Positions 30,745-40,940 of a DNA stretch of 64,000 nucleotides are shown here, piece after piece. The DNA comes from a candidate division FCPU426 bacterium (GTDB taxonomy: Bacteria; Oederibacteriota; JAAXVQ01; JAUVAV01). Position numbers and translations under genes: made by a program. The stretch lies in contig DAOWGI010000031.1 in the NCBI GenBank assembly GCA_030637655.1, positions 3,706 through 67,705 of the forward strand. The letters are read 5' to 3'. Under the pieces are notes generated by a model that saw only the letters and a program-made list of their open reading frames with translations, made no database searches and was not told the DNA's origin. Each line of letters starts with the position of its first letter. Position 1 is the stretch's first letter.

Positions 30745-31071
30745 GTAGGGGCGCCCTTTACGGGCGCCCTGAATTATTTTACTCCATGCATTTCCTTCCC
30801 CCGGCGTGTCATAAATGTTATTATTAAGGTTATTATTGTCCAAATTAAAAATCAGTAACCACGGATGAACACAGATTAACACGGATTTTAAAAGCTGTTT
30901 CAGCATACTCTGGTTTTCCGCAACAGAAACCAGGAGCCTGTAGGACTTAAGTATAAAATCGGAGTTTGAGCGATCTTCCCCCTTTGAAAAAGGGGGATTG
31001 AGGGGGATTTTGCATATGAAAGCGGGCGTTTTATTGATTAAATCCCCCCTGCCCCCTTTACAAACGGGGGA
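30745..31071. repeat. Intergenic repeat cluster (GTAG-REP, 9-bp tandem unit, CCCCCTTT...GGGGG pair)
   Basis: gtaggggcgccctttacgggcgccc (30745); ccacggatgaacacagattaacacggat (~30859); tccccctttgaaaaaggggga ... aaatcccccctgccccctttacaaacggggga (30977-31071). Confidence 0.7.
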
Positions 31072-31128
31072 GAATAACTTAAATTCGACAGGCTCCTGGT
31101 TAAAATTTTTAAATAGGAGGTTGAGCCG

Positions 31129-33705
31129 GTGCGTTATGATCGATTCACAATTAAAAGCCAGGAAGCCATTCAACAGGCGGCTGAAACAGCCCAAGAGAAC
31201 GGCAATCCGGAGCTGACGCCTTTACATTTGTTATTCTCTCTACTCCAGGAGGAAGGTGTCATCCGTTCCTGGTTAAGCAAATTGGGTGTGGAGGCCCAAA
31301 CACTGTTGAGAATCGCGCAAGCGGAAGTAGATCATCTGCCCAAGGTCAGCGGCGCCAACGCCCAGCCGGCGCCCAGCCAGGAGTTTAGCTTGCTGCTGGA
31401 TTTGGCCTGGAAAAAATCACAAGCCATGCAGGATGAGTATGTGTCAACCGAGCATTTGTTTCTCGCTGCGGCGGAAGATAAAGGCGCGGCCGGCAAGGTT
31501 TTATCAGCTTCAGGAATACAAAAAGAGGCGCTCCTGTCGGCTTTGCAGGAAATTCGCGGCACGCACCGCGTGACTGATCAGAATCCGGAGGATAAATACC
31601 AGGCCTTAAAACGCTATTGTCTGGATTTGACTGAGCAGGCGCGTTTGGGCAAACTCGATCCGGTGATCGGGCGGGATCAGGAAATCCGCCGCGTTATTCA
31701 AGTGTTATCCAGACGCAAAAAAAACAATCCCGTGCTTTTAGGTGAACCCGGCGTGGGTAAGACAGCCATTGCCGAAGGACTGGCCAAAAGAATTGTGGAC
31801 CAGGATGTGCCTGAAGGATTGAAAAAGAAACAGGTGTTGTCTTTGGACCTGGGCGCGCTTTTGGCCGGCGCCAAATACCGGGGAGAATTTGAAGACCGGC
31901 TCAAAGCAGTGCTCAAAGAGATTGCCGCTGCCAGTGGAGAAGTTATTTTATTTATTGATGAATTGCATACGGTGGTGGGCGCGGGCGCGGCGGAAGGCGC
32001 CATTGATGCTTCGAACATGCTCAAACCCGCCCTGGCACGGGGTGAATTGCGCTGTGTTGGCGCCACGACCTTGAATGAATATAAGAAATATATTGAAAAA
32101 GACGCGGCTTTGGAAAGACGCTTCCAAGTCGTTTTGGTGGGCGAACCTACGGTTGCGGATACGGTTTCCATTCTGCGCGGTTTGCGCGAGCGCTATGAGT
32201 TGCATCATGGCGTAAAAATTAAGGATGCCGCCCTGGTCGCGGCAGCAGAACTAAGTCACCGGTATATTCAAGGACGTTTTTTACCGGATAAAGCTATTGA
32301 TCTGGTGGATGAGTCGGCAGCCTGTTTGCGTACGGAAATCGACAGCCTGCCGGCTGAATTGGATGAAGTGGAGCGAAAGGCGCGTCAATTGGAAATCGAG
32401 CGCCAGGCGCTCAAACGGGAAAGCGGTCAGGCCGCGCAAGCGCGCAGTCAGGAATTGGAAAAAGAGTTGAAAATACATACTCAAAAGCGTGATACCATGC
32501 GCCAACAGTGGCAGCAGGAAAAACAGGATATTGAACAGGTGCAAAAGATCAAGGAGCAACTGGACCGGTTAAAGCAGGAAGAAGCCAACGCGGAACGGGA
32601 AGGCAATTTGGAGCGTGTGGCGGAAATTCGTTACGGCCGTTTGCGGGAACTGCAGGCTGAATTGGAGAAAACCGAACAGGCGTTAACAGAAAAAAGCCAG
32701 GGCCAGGCCTTGCTCAAGGATGATGTGGATGAGGAAGATGTGGCTGAAGTGGTGGCACGCTGGACTGGAATTCCGGTAACTAAACTATTGCAAGGCGATA
32801 TGACCAAACTAATGACTATGGAAGAGGTGTTGAAAAAACGTGTGGTCGGACAGGATGAAGCGGTACAAGCGGTTTCAGACGCTGTGCGCCGGGCGCGGTC
32901 AGGTTTGGCTGAACCCAACCGGCCGGTGGGATCGTTCATGTTCTTAGGACCCACGGGTGTGGGTAAAACCGAATTGGCGCGGGCTTTGGCGGAATTTCTG
33001 TTCAATGACGAAGCAGCTATGGTGCGGATTGACATGTCCGAATACATGGAAAAGCATTCAGTGGCACGCTTGATTGGCGCTCCGCCCGGATACGTGGGCT
33101 ATGAAGAAGGGGGTCAATTAACCGAAGCAGTGCGGCGCAAACCATACAGCCTTATTCTATTCGATGAAATTGAAAAAGCGCATTCTGAAGTATTTTCTGT
33201 TTTGTTGCAGGTATTGGATGATGGCCGCTTAACTGACGGCCAGGGCCGGACAGTGGATTTTCGCCAGTCCCTGATCATTATGACCAGTAATATAGGCGGT
33301 CAAACCATATCTCAGATGAGCGGGCGTTCGGAAGAGGAAATGCGCCAAGCGGTTATGACGGAATTGCGTGCGCAGTTCAAACCGGAATTTTTAAACCGTT
33401 TGGATGATCTGATTCTGTTTCACCGATTGTCCGAACAGGTTATCGCGCGGATTGTTGACCGCCAAGTAGCCCGGTTGCAGGCGCGGTTGGCCCCAAGGCA
33501 TCTGCGAATTGAACTGGATGATAAAGCCCGGCAATTGTTGGCCAAAGAAGGATATGATCCGGTTTATGGCGCGCGTCCCTTGAAGCGCGTGCTGCAGCGC
33601 CTGGTGACTGATCCACTGGCCAAACGTTTGATTGCCGGAGAGTTTGTTGTGGGGGATAAAATTCTAGTGCAGGTTGTGGATGGAAACCTGAAGTTGTTAA
33701 AGTAG
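31129..33705 (+). CDS. clpB: ATP-dependent chaperone ClpB
   Basis: Clp N-domain, [14 protein letters not shown], long coiled-coil M domain, [20 protein letters not shown]; aggagg RBS before the GTG. Confidence 0.98.
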   Translation: MRYDRFTIKSQEAIQQAAETAQENGNPELTPLHLLFSLLQEEGVIRSWLSKLGVEAQTLLRIAQAEVDHLPKVSGANAQPAPSQEFSLLLDLAWKKSQAMQDEYVSTEHLFLAAAEDKGAAGKVLSASGIQKEALLSALQEIRGTHRVTDQNPEDKYQALKRYCLDLTEQARLGKLDPVIGRDQEIRRVIQVLSRRKKNNPVLLGEPGVGKTAIAEGLAKRIVDQDVPEGLKKKQVLSLDLGALLAGAKYRGEFEDRLKAVLKEIAAASGEVILFIDELHTVVGAGAAEGAIDASNMLKPALARGELRCVGATTLNEYKKYIEKDAALERRFQVVLVGEPTVADTVSILRGLRERYELHHGVKIKDAALVAAAELSHRYIQGRFLPDKAIDLVDESAACLRTEIDSLPAELDEVERKARQLEIERQALKRESGQAAQARSQELEKELKIHTQKRDTMRQQWQQEKQDIEQVQKIKEQLDRLKQEEANAEREGNLERVAEIRYGRLRELQAELEKTEQALTEKSQGQALLKDDVDEEDVAEVVARWTGIPVTKLLQGDMTKLMTMEEVLKKRVVGQDEAVQAVSDAVRRARSGLAEPNRPVGSFMFLGPTGVGKTELARALAEFLFNDEAAMVRIDMSEYMEKHSVARLIGAPPGYVGYEEGGQLTEAVRRKPYSLILFDEIEKAHSEVFSVLLQVLDDGRLTDGQGRTVDFRQSLIIMTSNIGGQTISQMSGRSEEEMRQAVMTELRAQFKPEFLNRLDDLILFHRLSEQVIARIVDRQVARLQARLAPRHLRIELDDKARQLLAKEGYDPVYGARPLKRVLQRLVTDPLAKRLIAGEFVVGDKILVQVVDGNLKLLK

Positions 33706-33871
33706 GGGCGCCCTTTACGGGTGTCCTTAAAAGCAATAGGGGAGAACCTTGCTTGCCTTGCCGAAGCTTTAGCATAGGCAGGTGTTCGCTCTTAAAGTAG
33801 GGAACAAATTGTCATGTAGGGGCGAACCTTGTGTTCGCCCTAAAGGCAGTAGGGGCGCACTGAGTGCGCCC
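33702..33871. repeat. Tandem GTAG-REP cluster
   Basis: Units at 33702, ~33757 (interrupted), 33816 and 33849; the first supplies the clpB TAG stop. Confidence 0.8.
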
Positions 33872-33906
33872 GTGGCTAAACCGGTTATTCAAAAGGTGCC
33901 TGGCTG

Positions 33907-34040
33907 AAGGATGGTGGCATGTCTGTTTTTTCCAAACGCCGCTTGAGCGTCGGATCAACGGGCAACACTATGGCTGCAAATCAACGATTGAGGTTGTTTT
34001 CCGCTTACCATTTGGAAAAAACAGACATGCCACCATCCTT
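33907..34040. repeat. Long hairpin element copy 1 (30-bp perfect stem)
   Basis: aaggatggtggcatgtctgttttttccaaa (33907-33936) and its exact reverse complement (34011-34040). Confidence 0.85.
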
Positions 34041-34142
34041 TTAAAAAGTACGTTGTACTATGATCGCTTTTGAGAATTAGATTATTAAGAAGAAGGTGTT
34101 TGGTTAATAATATACGGAGATGGTATAATAAACCACTGCTAT

Positions 34143-34276
34143 AGGTATGAGGCATGTGAGTTTTTTCACAACGGGAAGCCGAAAAACCAGTACATCCTGT
34201 TGCTTTTCAATCGTCCCCTTGCCTGTTTGCCTGACGCTCAAGCGGCGTTGTGAAAAAACTCACATGCCTCATACCT
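34143..34276. repeat. Long hairpin element copy 2 (31-bp perfect stem), inverted homolog of copy 1
   Basis: aggtatgaggcatgtgagttttttcacaacg (34143-34173) and its exact reverse complement (34246-34276); shares cgccgcttgagcgtc with copy 1 on the opposite strand. Confidence 0.85.
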
Positions 34277-34318
34277 GTACACACCCGGCTATAGTATATT
34301 TATCATAAGGATTATCGT

Positions 34319-35917
34319 ATGCGCCACAACATCGCAGGAATTACACTGCTATTCATGCTTTTTGCGCAATCCGTATTAGCCGGCGAACCGGCGTTGATAC
34401 CTGTGAAGCAACCTCTCAAGAAAAAAGCCGTTGAAATTTTGGTAAAGTATAGTCAGGGGAGCCGATTCACCAAGCAAAGCGGTTACTTGGGAAAGCTTCC
34501 GGCTTTGCAATGCGAACGCTTTTGTGTTCCAAAACAGCAGACCGCTGAGGCCATGGCCAAAAGCAGGCAGGCGGATCCGCAGGTGGAATGGGTTCAACCT
34601 AATTATTGGCGTTATGCCTTGGCCACTGAAGTGGTTCCTGATGATCCGTACTATCGTCCGGAACAAAATCAACGTCAGTATCAGCAATGGTATCTTTCCA
34701 AAGTGAATGCCAATTTTGCCTGGTCTGTGGCAGATGGCAGTGAGAATATCACTGTTGCGGTGGTGGACTCAGGAGTGGATTTGAACCATCCGGATTTAAA
34801 AAATCGTCTGGTGCGCGGCGCGACTTTGGTAAGCCAAGAAGATTATTCTCCAACTTCCGAAGGTATGGATGATCATGGTCATGGCACCCATGTGGCTGGT
34901 ATTATCGCGGCGCAAAGTAACAACAACCTCGGGATCAGCGGCTGTGCCTGGAAGGGCAAAATCATGCCCATCAAAGTTTTGAACAATAAAGGCGAAGGAC
35001 TGGATTCGGATATTGCTGTTGGCATTCGTTGGGCAGTAGACGCGGGAGCGAAAATTATTAATCTCTCCCTTGGCGGATATGGCGACGATGGCAGTCCACC
35101 GCCGGTATTGCAGGAGGCAGTAGATTACGCGTACTCTCAAGGATGTTTAGTCATTGCTGCTGCGGGAAATACCGGCGATAATACAGTTCACTATCCAGGC
35201 GCCCTGGAACATGTTATAGCAGTTGCTGCTACAGATCCGTGGGATCAGCGCGCTGCTTATTCCACCTATGGTTCCTATGTGGATTTGGCAGCGCCCGGAG
35301 GCGCCGGCGCAGATCAATTTTCCCGAGCCACAGGTATGTTAAGCACCTATTGGAATGAAAACAGCCATATTACCGATAAATCCTCCGGGTCTGAGGCAGG
35401 AGAGTACGCAATCATGGCAGGCACTTCCTTTGCGGCGGCCGTGGTTTCCGGAGCCGCGCTGGTGGTCTGGGGAAATCAACCAAGCTATACAGTGGACGAG
35501 GTTGAAAATGTTTTATTGGATAGTGCTGTGGATGTGGGAGCAATTGGCGCGGATATCCGGACCGGTAATGGCCGAATAGATCTTTTGGCTGCTCTGGGTA
35601 ATCCGGTAGTTGAACGGACGGCCTTAACCTCATACAACTATCCCAATCCGTTTTATCCGGAAAAAGATACTACTACCCGGATTGTTTTTTTTCTGGATGA
35701 GCCTGCTGAAACAAAAGTCAGGATATATGATTCAGCGCGGGAATTGGTCTGGCACAAAAAAATAGCGGCCGCGGAAACCCTGGCAGGTAAAAATACGCTG
35801 ACTTGGGATGGAACCAATGATTTAGGACAAAGGGTCGCAAATGGCGTGTATTTTTACCGGTTAACCACAGCCCCAGGATTAGCCGGTAAATTAAAAACCA
35901 TCGCGGTGGTGCGATGA
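34319..35917 (+). CDS. S8 (subtilisin/thermitase-like) serine peptidase with T9SS-type-A/FlgD-Ig-like C-terminal domain
   Basis: Signal peptide; catalytic VVDSG, HGTH, GTSFA; C-terminal YNYPNPF...WDGTNDLG..VANGVYFY. Confidence 0.92.
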   Translation: MRHNIAGITLLFMLFAQSVLAGEPALIPVKQPLKKKAVEILVKYSQGSRFTKQSGYLGKLPALQCERFCVPKQQTAEAMAKSRQADPQVEWVQPNYWRYALATEVVPDDPYYRPEQNQRQYQQWYLSKVNANFAWSVADGSENITVAVVDSGVDLNHPDLKNRLVRGATLVSQEDYSPTSEGMDDHGHGTHVAGIIAAQSNNNLGISGCAWKGKIMPIKVLNNKGEGLDSDIAVGIRWAVDAGAKIINLSLGGYGDDGSPPPVLQEAVDYAYSQGCLVIAAAGNTGDNTVHYPGALEHVIAVAATDPWDQRAAYSTYGSYVDLAAPGGAGADQFSRATGMLSTYWNENSHITDKSSGSEAGEYAIMAGTSFAAAVVSGAALVVWGNQPSYTVDEVENVLLDSAVDVGAIGADIRTGNGRIDLLAALGNPVVERTALTSYNYPNPFYPEKDTTTRIVFFLDEPAETKVRIYDSARELVWHKKIAAAETLAGKNTLTWDGTNDLGQRVANGVYFYRLTTAPGLAGKLKTIAVVR

Positions 35918-36894
35918 GAAACGTATGTCAACCAACAGGATGGTTGCTCAGCCTCGTAGTACTGCTGGTTGCTGGAACTGTTTATGCGGAAGGGACCGGC
36001 GGACAGGCCGGCGCGTATTTGAAGCTGGGTATGGATGCGCGTGCCAAGGCTTTGGGCAGCGCTTATACCGCAGTGGCCACGGATGCTGCTGCCGGATATT
36101 GGAATCCGGCAGGTTTGGGATTGGCGTTGCGCCAGCAGGTCATGGCCGCCTACACGGCCTTTCCTGAGGGCGGTGATTATTCACAAATCGCCTATGTCCT
36201 GCCTGTGAGCGAGTTCACATTTCCTGAGGATCAGCGATCCGCCGGTACGGGTCAATTTTCACTAGGATCTTTGGGCATTACGATCCTGAGGTACGCGGCG
36301 GCTTATAATATTGAAGCGCGCCAGGTGGATTCCATCAATCCGGATTATTATTTTTCAGACATTGAAGGCTGCTATGGATTCGCCTATGGTATATCATTGA
36401 ATCCGGAGTGGAGCGTGGGGTTGGGTGTGAAAGGATTGTATCATGAATTGGATCAGGTGGATGCCACCGGGTTTGGGATGGATGCAGGTGTAGTTTGGCA
36501 GGGATTTCCCGGGCTTTCCGTGGGGTTCGCGGTTCGCGATGCCTACAGTAAATTGCAGTGGTCTACCGGCTGCCAAGAAGTGTTTCCCGCCACACTGAAA
36601 GCCGGCGCAGCGTACCAGCGCGAGTTTGGAAAAGCCCAGGTAGTTTTGGTGAGTGTTGAAGCTACACACAATTTAACTTCAGCGCTTCTAAGGCTGCACG
36701 CTGGTTTGGAATATGCCTTTGAAAAAATACTTTTTATACGGATGGGTTATGATGACGGGGTTTTGGCCGCGGGCGGCGGGGTACGTATTCCTTGGTTGGG
36801 TTGGGAACAAGCTGCCTGGCGGATTGACTATTGTGCCCAGGAAGATCGTATTGTAGGCTGGGACCATTGGTTTAGCTTGAAACTGGAGTTGTGA
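35914..36894 (+). CDS. PorV/PorQ-family outer-membrane beta-barrel protein
   Basis: GMDARAKALGSAYTAVATDAAAGYWNPAGL signature; alternating beta-strand pattern; ATGA overlap with the S8 gene. Confidence 0.85.
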   Translation: MRNVCQPTGWLLSLVVLLVAGTVYAEGTGGQAGAYLKLGMDARAKALGSAYTAVATDAAAGYWNPAGLGLALRQQVMAAYTAFPEGGDYSQIAYVLPVSEFTFPEDQRSAGTGQFSLGSLGITILRYAAAYNIEARQVDSINPDYYFSDIEGCYGFAYGISLNPEWSVGLGVKGLYHELDQVDATGFGMDAGVVWQGFPGLSVGFAVRDAYSKLQWSTGCQEVFPATLKAGAAYQREFGKAQVVLVSVEATHNLTSALLRLHAGLEYAFEKILFIRMGYDDGVLAAGGGVRIPWLGWEQAAWRIDYCAQEDRIVGWDHWFSLKLEL

Positions 36895-36914
36895 ATTTAT
36901 TTTCAAAGGGCATT

Positions 36915-36940
36915 CGCAAGGGGTGCCCCTGCGGTTTTTA
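36915..36940 (+). terminator. Putative intrinsic terminator
   Basis: cgcaaggggtgcccctgcg hairpin followed by a T run. Confidence 0.55.
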
Positions 36941-36964
36941 ATTTTCTGTACCCGGGAAGCGGTA

Positions 36965-36993
36965 TTGACAAAAAGCTCATTTTTAAGTAAAAT
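36965..36993 (+). promoter_or_regulatory. Sigma70 promoter for the yicC-gmk operon
   Basis: ttgaca-17 bp-taaaat, near consensus. Confidence 0.7.
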
Positions 36994-37013
36994 CTTTTAT
37001 TCTCTTTATATCT

Positions 37014-37105
37014 GTAGGGAACGGTCCCCAACTGGAATGCCTGTAGGGAACGGTCGCGACCGAAGGGAATCCCATTTGTAGGGAACGGTCGCGACCGTTC
37101 CCTAC
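37014..37105. repeat. Three tandem gtagggaacggtc REP units
   Basis: Units at 37014, 37043 and 37078; the last is the full palindrome gtagggaacggtcgcgaccgttccctac. A similar pair occurs at ~57687-57744. Confidence 0.8.
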
Positions 37106-37134
37106 AGGATAATTAAAATCAGGAAACGGAGTGC

Positions 37135-37380
37135 ATGAAAACAAAAACAAAACCTCAGGAAATCCGGATTAATACTTCTTTCCTGGTTATTTTGCTGGTC
37201 ATGGGATTACTGGGTCTTATCACTCTGATTACGATTTTATCCATTCAACCGGTTGGATCGGCAATTATCAAAGTGATTTTCATATATGCCATCGGTTTTT
37301 TGGGAGCCGGACTTTTAATCGCGGCGCTGGTTAATCGTTTGGTGGATCATCGTGATTCCGAGACAGGAGAGCCGGCATGA
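37135..37380 (+). CDS. Small two-TM membrane protein
   Basis: ggag RBS; two hydrophobic segments; ATGA coupling to yicC. Confidence 0.7.
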   Translation: MKTKTKPQEIRINTSFLVILLVMGLLGLITLITILSIQPVGSAIIKVIFIYAIGFLGAGLLIAALVNRLVDHRDSETGEPA

Positions 37381-38255
37381 TAACAAGCATGACAGGCTAT
37401 GGTCGCGGCGAAGCCAGGAATGGCCGTTTGGCTGTGGCGCTGGAGGTAAAAACCGTCAATCACCGGCATCTTGAAGTGATGGTTAAATTGCCAGGCGGTC
37501 TCTGGGAACTGGAACCGCTAATTAAAAAGAAAGCGCGCGAGATGGTACGTCGCGGACGTGCGGAAGTATATTTGCATTTGCTTTCTCCGGTAGCCGGGAC
37601 GCGGGAACCGGTCGTAGATGTGGATCTGGCAGCCAAATATTTACGCGCTTTGAGCAAAGCGGGCAGTTGCTTAGGGATTACGGGCAATGTGGATCTCTCC
37701 ATGATTGCGCGTTTGCCGGAAGTGGTTCGGGTGGAGGATCGTCCGATTCAGACCACCATGGTCAGCTCTTTGGTGGAACGCGCCCTGCAGCAAGCGTTAA
37801 AGCGTGTGAGCACCATGCGCCGTACTGAGGGCAAACGGTTGGCTGTGGATATTAAGCAACGCTTGAATTCCATCCGGAGATTATTGCCTAAAATTCAGCA
37901 ACGCTTGCGGAGCAGTATGCGACAACAGGAAAAACGTTTGCGTAAGAAGATCGCTTTATGGTTAAGCACGGACAATGTCGAAGCCAAACGCATCACACAG
38001 GATGCGATGCTCAAGCATATACGTTCCGATGTCACAGAAGAAATTGTTCGTCTCAACTCACATTTAAGTCAGTTTTTGGTTTTTATGCGCCAATGTGAAC
38101 CTGTGGGCAGGCGTTTGGATTTTTTGATCCAGGAAATGAACCGTGAAATTAATACTATTGGAGCCAAAGCTGCTGACGCGGTCATAGCCCAGTTTGTTGT
38201 GACTGTGAAAGAGGAAATTGAGAAAATTCGCGAGCAGGTCCAAAATTTAGAATAA
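37377..38255 (+). CDS. yicC: YicC/YloC family endoribonuclease
   Basis: SMTGYGRG, VNHRHLE, EEIVRLNSH, GRRLDFLIQEMNREINTIGAK, EKIREQVQNLE. Confidence 0.96.
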   Translation: MITSMTGYGRGEARNGRLAVALEVKTVNHRHLEVMVKLPGGLWELEPLIKKKAREMVRRGRAEVYLHLLSPVAGTREPVVDVDLAAKYLRALSKAGSCLGITGNVDLSMIARLPEVVRVEDRPIQTTMVSSLVERALQQALKRVSTMRRTEGKRLAVDIKQRLNSIRRLLPKIQQRLRSSMRQQEKRLRKKIALWLSTDNVEAKRITQDAMLKHIRSDVTEEIVRLNSHLSQFLVFMRQCEPVGRRLDFLIQEMNREINTIGAKAADAVIAQFVVTVKEEIEKIREQVQNLE

Positions 38256-38351
38256 ACGGATGTCCGGCGTACGCCCAATAATATTGTAGGGACGCACTGA
38301 GTGCGCCCGCGGTGTTGCGCACTGAGTGCGCCCGCAACGAGCAGGTGTCTT

Positions 38352-38642
38352 ATGGAATTAACGCTCATCCCAATCGGGTACGGCAATATAGTGGTCGGCC
38401 AAAGAATAGTTGCTATTATTGCTCCGGATTCTTCTCCGGTCAAACGACTGCGGGAAGAAGCCGCTGCGCATGGGAAACTTATTGATGCCACGCACGGACG
38501 ACGAACACGGGCGGTGATTATTACGGATTCGGATCATGTTGTGCTTTCGGCCCTGCAGCCGGAAACCATTTCGCAGCGATTTGGCGGCAATGGAACGCAG
38601 GAGTCCAACTCCACTGAGACCCGGACCCGGAACAAAAAATGA
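38352..38642 (+). CDS. remA: DUF370 / RemA family regulator
   Basis: [22 protein letters not shown]...[34 protein letters not shown] 38352 preferred because the upstream extension is REP sequence. Confidence 0.92.
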   Translation: MELTLIPIGYGNIVVGQRIVAIIAPDSSPVKRLREEAAAHGKLIDATHGRRTRAVIITDSDHVVLSALQPETISQRFGGNGTQESNSTETRTRNKK

Positions 38643-39277
38643 AGCGCCAAGGAGTACTCATTGTGGTTTCTTCCCCGTCCGGTGGCGGCAAGACAACCAT
38701 TTGTGAACAGTTGTTAAAGCAAGACCGGAATTTGGTGCGCAGCATATCTGTGACTACCCGGGAACCACGTGGTTGTGAAAGCCAAGGACGTGATTATTAC
38801 TATATGGATATGCTCAAATTCCGGCAATTAAAAAAACAAGCTGCTTTTTTGGAATGGGCGCAAGTGCACGGACATTGTTACGGAACCTTGCGGCAAGCGG
38901 TTGCCAAAGAGCAACAACGCGGCAAAGATGTTCTGCTGGTCATTGATGTACAGGGCGGAATGGCAGTGAAAAAAAAAGATCCCCGGGCAGCATTGATTTT
39001 TGTGCAGCCGCCTACACTTAAAGCCTTACAGTCCCGCTTACAAGGACGCGGGACCGATGGCCAAGACACTATTCGAAAGCGTCTGCAAAACGCGCGCTGG
39101 GAAATGTCCTGTGCGCAATATTATGACTATGTGGTCGTGAATGAGTATTTGCCCAAAGCAGTGGAACAGGTACAGGCGATTATTACGGCAGAGCGATTGC
39201 GGGTAATGCCAACCCCGAAAAGCAGAGAAAGATGGGATAAAAACCGTAGAGACGCGATTAATCGCGTCTCTACATAG
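38639..39277 (+). CDS. gmk: Guanylate kinase
   Basis: [36 protein letters not shown]. Confidence 0.97.
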   Translation: MKRQGVLIVVSSPSGGGKTTICEQLLKQDRNLVRSISVTTREPRGCESQGRDYYYMDMLKFRQLKKQAAFLEWAQVHGHCYGTLRQAVAKEQQRGKDVLLVIDVQGGMAVKKKDPRAALIFVQPPTLKALQSRLQGRGTDGQDTIRKRLQNARWEMSCAQYYDYVVVNEYLPKAVEQVQAIITAERLRVMPTPKSRERWDKNRRDAINRVST

Positions 39278-39360
39278 AACAATCCATGTATCCTCTGCGT
39301 GTATCGGCGGCTAAATTTAATTCCGGCTTGTCCGGGCTATAGTGAAAGGAGATAAAGAAG

Positions 39361-39570
39361 ATGCATCATCTGGATTTTGAAAAAATTATCGACAAATTGG
39401 GCAGTAGGTACGAAGCCGTGATTCGTATGTCCGTGATTGCCCGTAAAATGGCTGATGAGGGAATTACTGAAGAGAATACCGGTGGCAAGAAAATCACCAG
39501 CGCAGCTTTAAATCAGTATTTGGAAGAAAATAAGCTGCTGATGACCGACAAAGCCGAAATCAAGGAGTAA
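39361..39570 (+). CDS. rpoZ: RNA polymerase omega subunit
   Basis: DKLGSRYEAV...AR...K.TS.AL; canonical position between gmk and coaBC; aaggag RBS. Confidence 0.8.
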   Translation: MHHLDFEKIIDKLGSRYEAVIRMSVIARKMADEGITEENTGGKKITSAALNQYLEENKLLMTDKAEIKE

Positions 39571-39573
39571 GCC

Positions 39574-40839
39574 ATGCTTAGCGGCCGCCGTATTGTTCTG
39601 GGAATTACCGGGAGTATTGCGGCCTATAAAGCCGCGGATTTGGCACGTCAATTGGTAAAAGCCGGAGCAGAAGTTACGGTCGTGATGACGGAAAACGCCT
39701 GTCGTTTTATCACTCCCTTGACCTTTCGCACGCTAACCCGTGGACCGGTGATCACCGGTTTTTTTGCCGAGCAGGCTGAACCTGTGCCGCATATAGCGTT
39801 GGCACAGTGGGCTGAGCTTATTCTAATAGCGCCGGCTACCGCGGATACCATTGCCAAAACAGCCGTTGGCCGGGCTGATGATCTATTGACCGCAATGCTG
39901 TTGGATACTACGGCGCCGATTCTCTGGGCTCCGGCTATGAACACCCGCATGTGGGACAATTCAGTTACCCGGGAAAATGTCAAAAAGCTTACCCAGCGTG
40001 GTCATCACTGGGTCCAGCCAACAGAAGGGGAACTAGCCTGCGCTGAAACCGGCAGAGGACGATTGGCGGAAGTTGAGGACATTGTCGCGGCTGTACAGAA
40101 TCTATTGCTTCCTGCGAGCCGTTTGACCGGCAAGCAGGTGCTCATCACAGCCGGACCGACACGCGAACCCTGGGATGCGATTCGTTTTTTATCCAACCGT
40201 TCTTCAGGCAAAATGGGGTATGCACTGGCTGAGGAAGCGAGGCGCAGAGGAGCGAAGGTTACCTTGCTGTCCGGACCGGTGGCCTTAATTCCTCCGGCTG
40301 GAATTGATCTGGTAACTGTAAACACAGCCCGGGAAATGTATGCTGCCGCTAAAAAAGCATTTGTACAGACCGATATATTTATGGCCGCTGCTGCAGTAGC
40401 GGATTTTCGTCCGGCCGAAAGCAAAACAAATAAAATAAAAAAATCCAAAGCCCCGGAAACAATTGCGCTGGTTCCGAATCCTGATATACTCCTGGAATTA
40501 GGCCAACACAAGGGTGAGAAAATTGTGGTCGGTTTTGCCGCGGAAAGCGATAAGGTAGTGGACGCAGCCAAACAAAAACGGGTTAAAAAAAATTGTGATC
40601 TGATGGTAGCCAACGCGGCAGGTGGAGAAGCTGATGCTTTTGCTGCTGATCACGCCCAGGTTTTTATACTGGATAACCAGGATCAGGTGGAAGCCTTGCC
40701 GTCCTTGCCCAAGGCGCAGGTGGCGTCTGTAATCTGCGACCGGATTGAGACGCTGATAAAAGAAAAGAATTCACCGCATACCCAAAAAACGGGCACGCGG
40801 AGACGCAGAGGACGCAAAGAAAACGAAGAGGAAAAATAA
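39574..40839 (+). CDS. coaBC: Bifunctional phosphopantothenoylcysteine decarboxylase/synthase
   Basis: GITGSIAAYKA, APATAD, PAMN, TAGPTRE, NRSSGKMG, AAAVADF, GFAAE. Confidence 0.97.
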   Translation: MLSGRRIVLGITGSIAAYKAADLARQLVKAGAEVTVVMTENACRFITPLTFRTLTRGPVITGFFAEQAEPVPHIALAQWAELILIAPATADTIAKTAVGRADDLLTAMLLDTTAPILWAPAMNTRMWDNSVTRENVKKLTQRGHHWVQPTEGELACAETGRGRLAEVEDIVAAVQNLLLPASRLTGKQVLITAGPTREPWDAIRFLSNRSSGKMGYALAEEARRRGAKVTLLSGPVALIPPAGIDLVTVNTAREMYAAAKKAFVQTDIFMAAAAVADFRPAESKTNKIKKSKAPETIALVPNPDILLELGQHKGEKIVVGFAAESDKVVDAAKQKRVKKNCDLMVANAAGGEADAFAADHAQVFILDNQDQVEALPSLPKAQVASVICDRIETLIKEKNSPHTQKTGTRRRRGRKENEEEK

Positions 40840-40850
40840 AATTAATAATA

Positions 40851-40920
40851 GTAGGGGCGCACCGAGTGAGCCCGCCGCATACGTCCGCAATGAACATGTA
40901 GGGGCGCACTGAGTGCGCCC
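40851..40920. repeat. GTAG-REP pair
   Basis: gtaggggcgcaccgagtgagccc and gtaggggcgcactgagtgcgccc. Confidence 0.8.
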
Positions 40921-40940
40921 GTAAGAAAGAGTAATTATTT

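Noticed and set aside
30703-31216. ORFs 30703-31194 (minus) and 30998-31216 (plus)
   Set aside because: Composed largely of translated palindromic repeats (IPLNPPFSKG, SVLICVHPW) and overlap the clpB start.
33702-33871. REP clusters (also 37014-37105 and 61372-61682) as CRISPR arrays
   Set aside because: Units vary in sequence, spacing is irregular, copies are dispersed genome-style, and there are no cas genes in the window.
33864-34155. ORFs 33864-34073 (plus) and 33955-34155 (minus) sharing GWWHVCFFQ
   Set aside because: The shared peptide is simply the inverted-repeat arm read on both strands, not a protein family.
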